Assembly (NCBI GenBank): GCA_963743915.1
Contig: CAVURN010000005.1
Coordinates: 275,358-339,357, forward strand
Source: an uncultured Actinomycetota bacterium
GTDB taxonomy: Bacteria; Actinomycetota; Actinomycetes; JAHEKZ01
DNA: 64,000 bases
Direction: 5' to 3'
Shown here in pieces: positions 53,421-63,762 of this stretch. A program made the position numbers and the translations under genes. Positions within the stretch are counted from its first letter, which is position 1. The number at the start of each line of letters is the position of its first letter. The notes beneath the pieces are model-generated. The model saw nothing but the letters and a program-made list of their open reading frames with translations. It searched no databases and was not told the origin of the DNA.

Positions 53421-54953
53421 TCACCGGGCCAGGTGGCTGCCGTACGTGGTCGTGACCTCGCGCCAGGCCTGCTTGGACGGCTCGTCGAGCAGGCGGTAGT
53501 CGCCCCCGGTGGCCACGGCGTCCCAGTAGCACACGAAGGCGGCGTCGCGTTCGAGCAGCCAGGATCCGATCGATCGCAGCCAGTCACCACGCTTGCTGCC
53601 CGTCGCGTCATCCACGCCGAGTCTGGCTCCTGTCTCGGCGACCCCGAAGGGGAGCCCGAGCTCGCGGGTCGCGGCGAGCGCCTTCCCGTACATGTCCTCA
53701 GGGTTGGCATAGGGCGACGTGGAGTGCGCGTAGCAGTCCCAGCCCATCGCCTCCACCACGTCAGCACCCGGGAAGAAGCTGCTGACGCTGCGGCCCGACT
53801 TCGGACTGGCCGTCCAGCACATCAGGATGACGGTGTTGTGCAGCTGCGGGTTGCCGGCCGCATCGGCGAGCCCCGCGATCCGTCGATAGGCGTCGCGCCA
53901 CTGCTGCGCCGTGAAGTCCCCGCTCTCGACGTTGTCCTCGGGCTCGTGCCAGTACGACCACCAGATGTCACGGTCCCTGGGGGCGGTACGGAACCACTCG
54001 GCCAGGTAGGCGTCGTGCCGCCCGGCGAGCACATCGGACGGGTTGGCCTTGAACGAGACGACGACGGGACCGCCCACCTCACCGGCACGGCCGGGCCACC
54101 GGCTCGGCAGGCCCGGGTAGAAGACGCGCACGACCTCCATGCCGCCGTAGGCCGCGTTGGAGTCGGCCAGCGCCTGGGACCACGAGCGTCCCTCCTGGTC
54201 GACGCTGGCCCCGAACAAGGTGCTGCCGTCCGCCGGCCCCTCGGTCGGGCTGTTCGTCGGGCTCGGCTGCGGCTCAGGGGCGCTGGTCGTGGGGGCGGGC
54301 TGGCTGGGGGTGGGGGACTCGGAGGGGGTCGGCGACGGCGACGAACTCGTCCCCTTGACCGGGTGCACCCGCACGCGGTCCACCTTCAGACCACTCAGCG
54401 AACGGAAGGCGGTCAAGGAGACCTGGAGAGTGCTCCGGGCTTCGCTCGGCTCAGCGAGGAAGGCGACCTGCCGCCAGTTGTCGCTTCCCGCGGTGAAGCG
54501 TTCGCCGGTCACCGAGGCGACCCGGTCGCCCTTCCACTCGTAGAGGCGGAAGGCACCTTGCACCGGGGCTCCGGTGGCGCGGACCCACGCGGACACCTGG
54601 TACTGCACCCCGGGGGCGGAGGTCGGGGCCGTCGCGCGCAGGTCGCGCAAGGTGGCCGAGGCCGCGCGCAGGTGGAGGACCGCCGCCCGTCGACTGCCCC
54701 AGACGCCACCGTCGGTGATGCCCAGCACGTCCCCGCTGCCGCTCGTGACGTCCCAGTCGGTGAAGCCGTGCTTGAACCCGCCGTTGTGCACGAGGTTGGG
54801 CCCGAGCACCCGGCGTCCCAGGGAGTCGGGGTCGCCGACCGGCGCCGCCGAGGAGGGGATCACCACCGCCGCCACACCCAGACCTGCGGTCAGCGCGAGG
54901 GCGGTCGTGACGGCGGCGACGCGGGACGGGGTGCTCGGACTGCGGTTGCTCAT
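53421..54953 (-). CDS. secreted GH26-like glycoside hydrolase with N-terminal carbohydrate-binding (jelly-roll) module and PT-rich linker; paralog of 51010-51927
   Basis: signal MSNRSPSTPSRVAAVTTALALTAGLGVAAVV; linker SSSPSPTPSESPTPSQPAPTTSAPEPQPSPTNSPT; catalytic part IWWSYWHEPEDN...MGWDCYAH collinear with the other copy. Confidence 0.5.
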   Translation of the reverse strand: MSNRSPSTPSRVAAVTTALALTAGLGVAAVVIPSSAAPVGDPDSLGRRVLGPNLVHNGGFKHGFTDWDVTSGSGDVLGITDGGVWGSRRAAVLHLRAASATLRDLRATAPTSAPGVQYQVSAWVRATGAPVQGAFRLYEWKGDRVASVTGERFTAGSDNWRQVAFLAEPSEARSTLQVSLTAFRSLSGLKVDRVRVHPVKGTSSSPSPTPSESPTPSQPAPTTSAPEPQPSPTNSPTEGPADGSTLFGASVDQEGRSWSQALADSNAAYGGMEVVRVFYPGLPSRWPGRAGEVGGPVVVSFKANPSDVLAGRHDAYLAEWFRTAPRDRDIWWSYWHEPEDNVESGDFTAQQWRDAYRRIAGLADAAGNPQLHNTVILMCWTASPKSGRSVSSFFPGADVVEAMGWDCYAHSTSPYANPEDMYGKALAATRELGLPFGVAETGARLGVDDATGSKRGDWLRSIGSWLLERDAAFVCYWDAVATGGDYRLLDEPSKQAWREVTTTYGSHLAR

Positions 54954-55118
54954 GCAGGGCTCCTCGGGCCGGGGATAGACGGCTCATCGGAGGAGCGACG
55001 GGGGGTGCTTGACGCCCTGACCACGGAGTTGGGCCATGTGGGTGGACGAATTCGGACTAAGCCGGCCGGGGGTTAGCCCGTGTGGGCGACACCTCCGTGA
55101 ACGGCGGCGTCGCGCGGG

Positions 55119-56093
55119 TCAGGCGTTGCCGTCGAAGAGGCTGGTCACCGAGCCGTCGTCGAAGACCTCGCGGATCGCCCGCGCCAGCATGGGCGCGATC
55201 GGCAGCACGGTGAGCTTGTCGAACCGCTTGTCGTCGGCGATGGGGAGGGTGTCGGTGACGACCACCTCGGAGACACGGCTGTTCTTCAGGCGGTCGATCG
55301 CCGGTCCGCTGAAGATGCCGTGAGTCGCGGTGACGATGACCTCGGCAGCACCCTGGTCGAAGAGGGTCTCGGCGGCCTTCACGATCGTGCCACCGGTGTC
55401 GATCATGTCGTCGACGAGCACGCAGATGCGTCCCTCGACCTCACCGACGACCTCGAAGACCTTGACCTCGTTCGGCACGTCAGGGTCGCGTCGCTTGTGG
55501 ATGATCGCCAGCGGGCTGCCGAGGCGGTCGGTCCATCGCTCGGCCACTCGCACGCGTCCGGCGTCCGGCGAGACCACGGTGATGCGGCTACGGTCCGAGA
55601 CCCGGCTGGCGACGTAGTGCGCGAGCGTCTCGAGCGCGAACAGGTGGTCGACCGGGCCGTCGAAGAAGCCTTGGATCTGCGAGGTGTGAAGGTCGACAGC
55701 CATCAGCCGGTCGGCCCCGGCCGTCTTGAAGAGATCGGCCATCAGACGCGCCGAGATGGGTTCGCGTCCCCGGTGCTTCTTGTCCTGACGGGCATACCCG
55801 TAGAAGGGCGCCACCACCGTGATGCGCTTGGCCGAGGCCCGCTTGAGCGCGTCGACCATGATGAGCTGCTCCATGATCCAGGTGTTGACCGGGGTGGTGT
55901 GCGACTGGATGACGAAGGCGTCGCAGCCCCGCACCGACTCCTCGTAGCGGACGAAGATCTCACCGTTGGCGAAGTCGAAGAGCGACGTGGGACACAGTTC
56001 GGTGTCGAGGAAGGCGGCAACCTCCTCGGCGAGTTCGGCGTGCCCTCGGCCCGAGAAGAGCATCAGCTTCTTGGAGTTCGTCGACTCGATCAT
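55119..56093 (-). CDS. prs: ribose-phosphate pyrophosphokinase
   Basis: [17 protein letters not shown]..., [16 protein letters not shown] (PRPP-binding). Confidence 0.9.
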   Translation of the reverse strand: MIESTNSKKLMLFSGRGHAELAEEVAAFLDTELCPTSLFDFANGEIFVRYEESVRGCDAFVIQSHTTPVNTWIMEQLIMVDALKRASAKRITVVAPFYGYARQDKKHRGREPISARLMADLFKTAGADRLMAVDLHTSQIQGFFDGPVDHLFALETLAHYVASRVSDRSRITVVSPDAGRVRVAERWTDRLGSPLAIIHKRRDPDVPNEVKVFEVVGEVEGRICVLVDDMIDTGGTIVKAAETLFDQGAAEVIVTATHGIFSGPAIDRLKNSRVSEVVVTDTLPIADDKRFDKLTVLPIAPMLARAIREVFDDGSVTSLFDGNA

Positions 56094-57607
56094 GCGCTGC
56101 CTTCCGGATCGCCCGTCCCGCCGCGCTCATTCTCCCCCGACCCGGTTGCGCTGTCATCGGCGGGCACCGCCTCTGTCGTCGCGGGCTCGACGGCGGCCTC
56201 GGCCGCCCGGGCGGACGCGGACCCGCTCCGCTTGCGCAGCACCCAGCCCAGGATCGTCCGCTGCCTGGCACGGCCGACGCCCATCGCGCCGGCGGGGACG
56301 TCGTCGGTGATGACCGACCCCGCTGCCGTGTAGGCACCGTCGCCCACGGTCACCGGGGCGACGAGCATGGTGTCGCTCCCGATCCGCACGTGGTCGCCGA
56401 TCACCGTCCGGTGCTTCGCGACACCGTCGTAGTTCACGAAGATCGTGGCCGCACCGATGTTGGAGCCCTCACCGATCTCCGCATCCCCCACGTACGACAG
56501 GTGCGGGACCTTGGAGCCGTCGCCCACGACGGCCTGCTTCGCCTCGACGAACGCACCGGCACGCGCACCGCGGCCGAGCCGCGTCCCCGGCCTCAGGTAC
56601 GTGTACGGACCGACGCTGGCGTCCTGCCCGATCACCGCACCCTCGGCCGTGGTGAAGCGGATCACCGCACCCTCCGCCACCTGCACGTCATGCAGCTGCG
56701 ACCCCGGACCGACCTCGGCTCCGGCCGCCACCGTGGTCGCACCGGACAATGCCGTCCACGGGTGGACGACGACGTCGGGCTCGAGGGCGACGTCGACGCC
56801 GATGTCGGTGGTCGCCGGGTCGGCGATCGTCACACCGGCCCGCATCCATCCCTCGTTGATCCGGGTGCGCATCTCGGCGCGAGCGGCGGCGAGCTGGACG
56901 CGGTCGTTGACGCCCATGACCTCATGAGGGTCGTCGACGACCTCGGCCGCGACCTGTCGACCATCGCTGACGAGCAGCGCGACGACGTCGGTGAGGTACT
57001 CCTCGCCCTGGCTGTTGTCGCGCGAGAGGCGACCCAGCGCATCACGCAGCAGCTCGGCCGTGAAGGCGTAGATCCCGGAGTTGACCTCGTCGATCGCCAG
57101 GGTCTCGTCGTCGGCGTCCCGGTGCTCGACCACGGCGGTGACGGCGCCGGACGGGTCCCGCACCACGCGCCCGTAGCCTCCCGGGTCGGACATCCGGGCC
57201 GTCAGCATGGTCGCTGCCGCCTGGCTGTCCCGGTGCCGCTCGACGAGGGACTGGAGCGTCCCGGTGCGCAGCAGCGGGGTGTCACCGCTCACCACCAGCA
57301 CCGTGCCCGCCAGCTGTGGCATGGCGCCCAACGCGATCCTGACCGCATGTCCGGTGCCGTCCTGCTGCTCCTGGACGACCGGTTCGGCGCGGGGGCCGAC
57401 GAGGGCCAGGTGGTCGGTGACGGCGTCGCGCGCATGTCCGACGACGACCAGGGTGCGCTCAGGCTGCAAGGGCGCGACGGCGTCCAGCACGTGTCCGAGC
57501 ATCGAACGGCCGAGGAAACCGTGCAGGACCTTGGGAGTATTCGACTTCATCCGAGTGCCCTCACCGGCGGCGAGGACCACCACGGCAGCCGGACGGCTCG
57601 GGTTCAC
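56090..57607 (-). CDS. glmU: bifunctional UDP-GlcNAc pyrophosphorylase / GlcN-1-P N-acetyltransferase
   Basis: [13 protein letters not shown] (N-terminal), left-handed beta-helix hexapeptide repeats, 505 aa. Confidence 0.9.
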   Translation of the reverse strand: MNPSRPAAVVVLAAGEGTRMKSNTPKVLHGFLGRSMLGHVLDAVAPLQPERTLVVVGHARDAVTDHLALVGPRAEPVVQEQQDGTGHAVRIALGAMPQLAGTVLVVSGDTPLLRTGTLQSLVERHRDSQAAATMLTARMSDPGGYGRVVRDPSGAVTAVVEHRDADDETLAIDEVNSGIYAFTAELLRDALGRLSRDNSQGEEYLTDVVALLVSDGRQVAAEVVDDPHEVMGVNDRVQLAAARAEMRTRINEGWMRAGVTIADPATTDIGVDVALEPDVVVHPWTALSGATTVAAGAEVGPGSQLHDVQVAEGAVIRFTTAEGAVIGQDASVGPYTYLRPGTRLGRGARAGAFVEAKQAVVGDGSKVPHLSYVGDAEIGEGSNIGAATIFVNYDGVAKHRTVIGDHVRIGSDTMLVAPVTVGDGAYTAAGSVITDDVPAGAMGVGRARQRTILGWVLRKRSGSASARAAEAAVEPATTEAVPADDSATGSGENERGGTGDPEGSA

Positions 57608-57690
57608 GGGGCTCCTGGCTCAGCGGGTGGACGGGGGTCGACCGTCCGCAGGATACCCGGCGGTCCGGTCGGCACCGTCCGCCTGCGGCG

Positions 57691-57763
57691 GGCTCCCGGG
57701 GGAGGATTCGAACCCCCATTAACGGGACCAAAACCCGCTGTCCTGCCCTTAGACGACCCGGGA
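57691..57763 (-). tRNA. tRNA-Gln (anticodon TTG)
   Basis: acceptor TCCCGGG/CCCGGGA, anticodon stem GCGGG/CCCGT, loop TTTTGGT, T-arm GGGGGTTCGAATCCTCC; CCA not encoded. Confidence 0.85.
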
Positions 57764-57850
57764 CCGACGGGCCCGTCCGCGACGGGCGCGAGCCCCGGGC
57801 GATCAGCCTAACCTGGTGGACGCTCCCGGCCCGCGACTACCATCGCGCTC

Positions 57851-58333
57851 GTGTCCGAGACCACGATGGTCGAGCTGGTGAACAGCGCGCTCACCGCCTT
57901 CGGCATCTCCGACACCGTCTCCGTCGTCGGCCAGTTCGAGCCTCGCGGCACGTCCGGCGGGATGTTCCTTGGTGGGATGGTCGGGGGCAGCGCAGGCGGT
58001 GCCCTCGGAGGGTCCATGGGCGACGCGATCGGGGTGGGCGCAGGATCGCTGGCCGGCAGACAGGCGGCCGCGGACGCCGAGGGTCTGCCGCGACAGATGC
58101 TGGTCGGTGTCTCCGCATCCATGGTCTACGGGGTCGAGGCCCGCACTCGCCACTCCGTGCCGGAACGCCTGGTCTTCGGCATCGGGCGCGAGGGTCTCCG
58201 GGCCGTCGTGCACCAGCGAGGCATGGTGCGGGTGCTCGAGCTGATCCACGACGACACCGGCTCGACGATCGAGCTGGAGGGCAGCCGGGTGCCGGTCACC
58301 CACGCCAAGGACGTCATCGACGTCCTGACCTGA
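57851..58333 (+). CDS. hypothetical Gly-rich protein
   Basis: 160 aa, GGMFLGGMVGGSAGGALGGSMGDAIGVGAGS, no recognised motif; GTG start. Confidence 0.4.
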   Translation: MSETTMVELVNSALTAFGISDTVSVVGQFEPRGTSGGMFLGGMVGGSAGGALGGSMGDAIGVGAGSLAGRQAAADAEGLPRQMLVGVSASMVYGVEARTRHSVPERLVFGIGREGLRAVVHQRGMVRVLELIHDDTGSTIELEGSRVPVTHAKDVIDVLT

Positions 58334-58373
58334 AGGTCGAGCCCGCCCAGCCCAAGGGGTCCTGTCTCGACAA

Positions 58374-58404
58374 GTTACGCTTCCGTAGGTTACGGTGCCG
58401 TAAC
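58374..58404 (+). promoter_or_regulatory. tandem palindromic operator-like boxes upstream of desaturase-TetR operon
   Basis: GTTACGcttcCGTAGGTTACGGtgCCGTAAC; perfect 7-2-7 palindrome GTTACGGTGCCGTAAC at 58389-58404, 16 nt before AAGGGAG RBS and ATG 58420. Confidence 0.5.
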
Positions 58405-58419
58405 TAGAAGGGAGTCCGA

Positions 58420-59368
58420 ATGACGACGGACCTCACCACGCTCTACAACCCCCCGGTGGACCCCGCCGCCGTTGACGCACCCCCTCGCCAGAGCGCCTTT
58501 CACCGCTTCTGGCTCTACTACTTCATCATCGTGCCGCTGCTGGCCCTGGTCGCCGCCATCCCCCTGGCGTGGGGCGGTTTCGTCGGGCCGGTCGACCTGG
58601 TCCTGCTGGTCGTCTTCTACGCGGTGAGCGCGACGGGCATCACGGTCGGATTCCACCGGCACTTCACCCACGGCGCCTTCAAGGCCAAGCCATGGGTCCG
58701 CGTGATGCTGGCCGTCGCCGGGCAGCCTCGCGATCGAGGGTCCGCTCGACCAGTGGGTCGCCGACCACCGCAAGCACCACGCCTTCAGCGACAAGGAAGG
58801 TGACCCGCACTCCCCCTGGCGTTTCGGTGACTCCGTCCCCGCGCTGCTCAAGGGGCTGTACTACGCGCACATGGGGTGGTTCTTCGACGACGGCCACAGC
58901 TCCCGTGCCAAGTACGCGCCCGACCTGCTCGAGGACCGGGCGATGCGTCGCGTCTCCGCGAACTTCGGCTGGCTGGTGCTCGCGTCGGTGCTGCTCCCTG
59001 CCCTGCTCGGCGGGCTGCTCACGTGGTCGTGGTGGGGCGTCGTGACCGGTCTGGTGTGGGGCGGCTTCATCCGGATCGCCCTCGTCCACCACATCACCTG
59101 GTCGATCAACTCGATCTGCCACGTGATGGGGGAACACCCGTTCAAGTCACGCGACCGTTCCGGGAATGTCTGGTGGCTCGCGATCCCGTCGTTCGGCGAG
59201 AGCTGGCACAACCTGCACCACGCCGACCCCACCTGCGCCCGTCACGGCGTCGAGAAGGGGCAGATCGACATCAGCGCACGACTGATCCGGTGGATGGAGA
59301 AGGCCGGGTGGGTCTGGGACGTCCGCTGGCCCAAACGCACCAGGCTGGAAGCCCGTCGCGCCGGATGA
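58420..59368 (+). pseudogene. acyl-CoA/acyl-lipid fatty acid desaturase (DesA3-like), frameshifted at GGG run 58720-58722
   Basis: first His box GFHRHFTHGAFKAKPW in 58420 frame; downstream in +1 frame ...SLAIEGPLDQWVADHRKHHAFSDKEGDPHSP...GESWHNLHH (third His box); removing one G restores VAGSLAIEG. Confidence 0.7.
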
Positions 59369-59997
59369 GCGAGCCCCAGGAGCGACGACGCTCCCGGATG
59401 ACGAGCGCCGCGCGTCGCGAACAGCTGCTGCAGGTGGGGCGCTCGCTCTTCGCCGAACGCGGGTTCGAGGCGACCTCGGTCGAGGAGATCGCGTCCAAGG
59501 CCGACGTCTCCAAGCCCGTGGTCTACGAGCACTTCGGCGGCAAGGAGGGCCTGTACGCGGTCATCGTCGACCGCGAGATGCAGAAGCTGCTCGGCATGGT
59601 CGAGGGCGCACTCACCGAGGACCATCCCCGTCGGCTGCTCGAGCAGGCCGCCCTCGCGCTGCTCACCTACATCGAGCAGGACACCGACGGTTTCCGCATC
59701 CTGGTCCGCGACTCGCCGGTGGCGACCTCGACCGGCACCTTCGCCAGCCTGATCGTCGACATCGCCGGCCAGGTCGAGCACCTGCTGGCGGGCGAGTTCA
59801 AGGCTCGCGGGTTCGACGTCAAGTACGCGCCCATGTACTCACAGATGCTCGTGGGCATGGTGGCGCTCACCGGGCAGTGGTGGGTCGACGTGCGCAAGCC
59901 GAAGAAGGCTGAGGTCGCCGCCCACCTGGTGAACCTGGCCTGGAACGGACTGCGCGACCTCGAGGCCAAGCCGAAGCTGGGTGGCGATCGGGCATGA
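59365..59997 (+). CDS. TetR/AcrR family transcriptional regulator (desaturase-linked, DesT-like context)
   Basis: ARREQLLQVGRSLFAERGFEATSVEEIASKADVSKPVVYEHFGGKEGLY HTH; ATGA overlap with desaturase stop. Confidence 0.8.
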   Translation: MSEPQERRRSRMTSAARREQLLQVGRSLFAERGFEATSVEEIASKADVSKPVVYEHFGGKEGLYAVIVDREMQKLLGMVEGALTEDHPRRLLEQAALALLTYIEQDTDGFRILVRDSPVATSTGTFASLIVDIAGQVEHLLAGEFKARGFDVKYAPMYSQMLVGMVALTGQWWVDVRKPKKAEVAAHLVNLAWNGLRDLEAKPKLGGDRA

Positions 59998-60046
59998 GGT
60001 GCGTCGATCCTTCCCCCCTCGGAGGGCAAGGGTTAGCGTTCAGACC

Positions 60047-60598
60047 ATGAGCGACCAGACGCCGCAGGACCCTTACGCCGTCCCACCGCCGGGGAGCGTG
60101 CCGCCACCTCCCCCACCCCAGGCGACCCCGGGCGCACCGCCCCCCGCGGTCCCTCCGGCCGGTGGGTACCCGCCCCCGCCGCCCGCCGGGTACCCGGCGC
60201 CGACGTACCCCGCGGCCGGTTACCCCGGTGGCCAGCCCAAGCGGGGTCACAGTGGGCTCGCCATCACGGCACTGGTCGTCGCGGTCGTCGTGGTCTTCAT
60301 CTGCTGGATCCCGTTCATCGGGGCGGGCGCAGCCCTCATCGCCCTGATCCTCGGCGTCGTCGCCTGGGTCACGTCCAAGAGCGCCGGTCGGCCGATCAGT
60401 CTCGCCGTCGCCGCCACGATTCTCAGCATCCTCACCCTGCTCGCGGGAATCGCGATCACCATCGGATTCATCGCTCTGGTCGACAAGGCGCAGGAAGCCG
60501 ACCGGTTCTGCCTGCGCACGACGACCACGCAGGCCGAGTACGACCAGTGCTTCGAGGACCGGGTCTCCAGCTGGTTCGGCATCGAACCCAGCCCGTGA
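60047..60598 (+). CDS. Pro-rich DUF4190 membrane protein
   Basis: PYAVPPPGSVPPPPPPQATPGAPPPAVPPAGGYPPPPPAGYP then two TM helices. Confidence 0.55.
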   Translation: MSDQTPQDPYAVPPPGSVPPPPPPQATPGAPPPAVPPAGGYPPPPPAGYPAPTYPAAGYPGGQPKRGHSGLAITALVVAVVVVFICWIPFIGAGAALIALILGVVAWVTSKSAGRPISLAVAATILSILTLLAGIAITIGFIALVDKAQEADRFCLRTTTTQAEYDQCFEDRVSSWFGIEPSP

Positions 60599-61119
60599 CC
60601 ACCGGCGACGCCACACGTGACCGCGACGAGGTCGACGACCTCGTCGCGGCATGGCGGCGAGAGCGCCCGGACCTCGATGTGGCACCGCTGGAGGTGCTCA
60701 GCCGGGTGAGCCGACTCGCGCGCCACCTCGACCGTGCGCGTGGCCAGGCATTCTCACGGCACAGCCTCGAGGGCTGGGAGTTCGACGTGCTCGCAGCGCT
60801 GCGACGATCCGGTGAACCGTACGAGCTCTCCCCGGGCAAGCTGCTGCAGCAGACCCTCGTCACGTCGGGCACGATGACGAACCGCATTGACCGGCTCGCC
60901 GCACGTGGGCTGGTCGAGCGTCATCCCGCGCTGGACGACCGACGCAGCATCATGGTGCAGCTCACCGAAGCGGGGGCGACGAAGGTGGACGCCGCGCTGA
61001 TCGACCTGCTCGCCCACGAGCAGGCGATCCTCGCCGAGCTGGACGCCGACGACCAGGAGACCCTCACCACCCTGCTACGGAGGGTGCTCCTCCCCTTCGA
61101 CCGGAACGCAGCCAAGTAG
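60595..61119 (+). CDS. MarR family transcriptional regulator
   Basis: ...EFDVLAALRRSGEPYELSPGKLLQQTLVTSGTMTNRIDRLAARGLVERHPALDDRRSIMVQLTEAG winged helix; GTGA overlap with upstream stop. Confidence 0.7.
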   Translation: MTTGDATRDRDEVDDLVAAWRRERPDLDVAPLEVLSRVSRLARHLDRARGQAFSRHSLEGWEFDVLAALRRSGEPYELSPGKLLQQTLVTSGTMTNRIDRLAARGLVERHPALDDRRSIMVQLTEAGATKVDAALIDLLAHEQAILAELDADDQETLTTLLRRVLLPFDRNAAK

Positions 61120-61166
61120 CCCGCCCAGCAGCCGAGACGTCCACCCGCTCAGCACTCGGCGGGAGA

Positions 61167-61877
61167 TCAGTCAGCCGCGATGTAGCGTCCGTCGCGCAGG
61201 ACAGGGACCACGTCGTCGACATCCACCTGCTCGGCCAGTCGCACGTCATCGGGGAAGCCCCAGTCGATCAGCTCGCGCCCGGACGGCACGCCCGCCAGCG
61301 AGTCCCGGTCGCGGAACGCGGCGACCGCTGCGCGCGCCTCCGGAGCCAGCTGCACGTTCGGGTCGAGGGCGAGCAGCCGCTCGGCGATCGCGCCGGAACC
61401 GACGTGGTCCTCGTAACAGACGCGGAGCGCACCATCGGGCCACTGCTCGCCGGCAGGCACGAGACCGACGGTGCGGAACCGTCCCTGCAGCCAGCGGGCC
61501 ACGGCTGACGCGTTCCGGAGCGAACCGGCCACCACGGTGAGGCCGGACATCAGGGCAGCGTGGGAGATCACCGAGCCGTTGGCCGACGGCATGATCAGCC
61601 GTTCACCGTCCTGCACGTCGAGCAGGCTGGCGGGTGACAGGGTCCGTCCCTCGCGCATGTTGCGCCCCCGCACCAGGGTGGCACCGATCGCCCGGGCGAG
61701 CTGTTCGGCGCGCTCGTGGCCACTGTGCGGCCACACCGCCGCGCCACGCGCGACGGCCACGGCGACGGATGTGGAGAACGACAGCACGTCGACGATCACG
61801 ACGCACTCGCACGTCTCCGAGAGCAGGCGGAGTCCGCGCGGCCCCCACTCCAGCTGCACCACTGTGGGGTCGACCAT
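61167..61877 (-). CDS. 2-phosphosulfolactate phosphatase (ComB) family protein
   Basis: 236 aa; VVIVDVLSFSTSVAVAVARGA...PSANGSVIS typical ComB pattern. Confidence 0.55.
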   Translation of the reverse strand: MVDPTVVQLEWGPRGLRLLSETCECVVIVDVLSFSTSVAVAVARGAAVWPHSGHERAEQLARAIGATLVRGRNMREGRTLSPASLLDVQDGERLIMPSANGSVISHAALMSGLTVVAGSLRNASAVARWLQGRFRTVGLVPAGEQWPDGALRVCYEDHVGSGAIAERLLALDPNVQLAPEARAAVAAFRDRDSLAGVPSGRELIDWGFPDDVRLAEQVDVDDVVPVLRDGRYIAAD

Positions 61878-62782
61878 CAGTCGACCACCCGCGCTCCGGC
61901 CACCGGACCCACAGCAGACACGACCGTCCGGCAGGTGCCCGACGAGGTGAGGGCGACGGCGAGGTCGAGGGCGTGCTCCTCGTCGCGGGCCAGGAAGGCG
62001 CAGGTGGGGCCCGATCCGGAGACCAGGGCACCCAGGGCGCCGTACTCCTCCCCGACGTCGAGGGTCATCGCCAGACCGGGGCGCAGCGACACCGCCGCGC
62101 GCTGCAGCTCGTTGTGCAGGACACCGCCCAAGGACACGGCGTTTCCCGACCGCAGCGCGGCCATCACCCGGTCCGAGACGCGCGGCTCCGGCAGCACCGA
62201 ACCCGCCCGCATGCGGTCGAGCTCGGCGTAGACGTCCGGGGTCGAGAGCCCGCCGTCGGCGAACGCGAACACCCAGTGGAAATGACCCCGCGCCAGCACG
62301 GGTGTGAGCTTCTCGCCGCGCCCGAGCCCCATCGCGGTGTGTCCCACCAGCCCGAACGGCACGTCCGAACCGACGGAGGCGGCAAGGTCGACCAGCACCT
62401 CCCGCTCGAGGTGCGCCTCCCAGAGCCGGTCGAGGGCGAGCAGCGCTCCGGCCGCGTCGGCACTGCCTCCGGCCATGCCGGCGGCCACGGGGATCGCCTT
62501 GTGGATGTGCAGGTGCGCTCTGGGCTCGACGCCGAGGTGCTCGGCGAGCGCCCGGGCAGCGACCAGGGCCAGGTTCTCGTCATCGACGGGAACCGTGTCA
62601 GCGCCCTCGCCCTCGACGCTGACGGTGAGATGGTCGCCGGGGAGGGCAGTGACGTCGTCGAAGAGCGAGACTGCCTGAAAGACCGTGGCCAGGTCGTGGT
62701 AGCCGTCCTTGCGCGGAGTGCCGACGATCAGCTCGAGGTTCACCTTGGCCGGGACCCGCACGGTGACCGGACTCACCCACAC
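61877..62782 (-). CDS. ispE: 4-(cytidine 5'-diphospho)-2-C-methyl-D-erythritol kinase
   Basis: VRVPAKVNLELIVG...PVAAGMAGGSADAAGALLAL (GHMP kinase motif). Confidence 0.85.
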   Translation of the reverse strand: MWVSPVTVRVPAKVNLELIVGTPRKDGYHDLATVFQAVSLFDDVTALPGDHLTVSVEGEGADTVPVDDENLALVAARALAEHLGVEPRAHLHIHKAIPVAAGMAGGSADAAGALLALDRLWEAHLEREVLVDLAASVGSDVPFGLVGHTAMGLGRGEKLTPVLARGHFHWVFAFADGGLSTPDVYAELDRMRAGSVLPEPRVSDRVMAALRSGNAVSLGGVLHNELQRAAVSLRPGLAMTLDVGEEYGALGALVSGSGPTCAFLARDEEHALDLAVALTSSGTCRTVVSAVGPVAGARVVD

Positions 62783-62851
62783 GCTCCCCTCGTCACCTGC
62801 TCATGGCCCGCCGACGGTGGGCTCGCTCAGTCTGTCAGCAATCCGGTCGGG

Positions 62852-63742
62852 TCACCTGCGCATATCCGGGCGCCTGTCCGGGCGCAGGTCGGGGTGGTGG
62901 GCGGCGACCGCCGCGAAGTCGGAGACCGACAACCGTTCGCCACGCGTCGCGGGATCGACCCCTGCCGCCCGGAGTGCGGACTCAGCCCTCTGGGCGTCCC
63001 CCGCCCAACCGGCCAGGGCCGACCGAAGGCTCTTGCGGCGCTGGGCGAAGGCCGCGTCGATGCAGGCGAAGACCTGCTCCCGACTGGCGGTCGTCGTCGG
63101 CGGGAGTCGGCGACGGAAGGCGACGAGACCGGAGTCGACGTTCGGAACCGGCCAGAACACCGACTGCGGCACCCGTCCCGCACGGGTGACCTCGGCGTAC
63201 CAGGCAGCCTTCGCGCTCGGCACCCCGTACACCTTGCTGCCCGGTGGCGCCGCCAACCGCTCAGCGACCTCGAGCTGCACCATCACGAGCCCGTGCTCCA
63301 ACGAGGGGAAGCGCTCGAGCAGGTGGAGGACCACCGGAACGGCGACGTTGTACGGGAGGTTGGCGACCAGCGCCGTCGGCGCCTCGGGGAGCTCGTCCAC
63401 CCGCAGGGCGTCCTGCTGGACGACGGTCAGCCGCCCGGCGACGGCGGGGGCACGGGTGGCGACGGTCTCCGGAAGCGCGCGCGCCAGGACCGGGTCGATC
63501 TCGACCGCCAGCACCCGCCGGCACTCCGGCAACAGACCGAGGGTGAGGGACCCGAGGCCGGGACCGACCTCGACGACGACGTCGTCGGCGACGACCCGGG
63601 CGACACGGACGATCCGGCGCACCGTGTTGGCGTCGACGACGAAGTTCTGCCCCCAGCGCTTCGTGGGGTGGAGGTCCAGCCGCCGAGCAAGCTCGCGGAC
63701 GGCGGCTGCGCCGAGCAGGGCCGACTCTTCAGGAGAGGTCAC
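62852..63742 (-). CDS. rsmA: 16S rRNA (adenine1518/1519-N6)-dimethyltransferase
   Basis: [16 protein letters not shown]...[12 protein letters not shown] (SAM motif)...NLPYNVAVP. Confidence 0.85.
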   Translation of the reverse strand: MTSPEESALLGAAAVRELARRLDLHPTKRWGQNFVVDANTVRRIVRVARVVADDVVVEVGPGLGSLTLGLLPECRRVLAVEIDPVLARALPETVATRAPAVAGRLTVVQQDALRVDELPEAPTALVANLPYNVAVPVVLHLLERFPSLEHGLVMVQLEVAERLAAPPGSKVYGVPSAKAAWYAEVTRAGRVPQSVFWPVPNVDSGLVAFRRRLPPTTTASREQVFACIDAAFAQRRKSLRSALAGWAGDAQRAESALRAAGVDPATRGERLSVSDFAAVAAHHPDLRPDRRPDMRR

Positions 63743-63762
63743 GACGTCCAGTCTGCCGCGGC

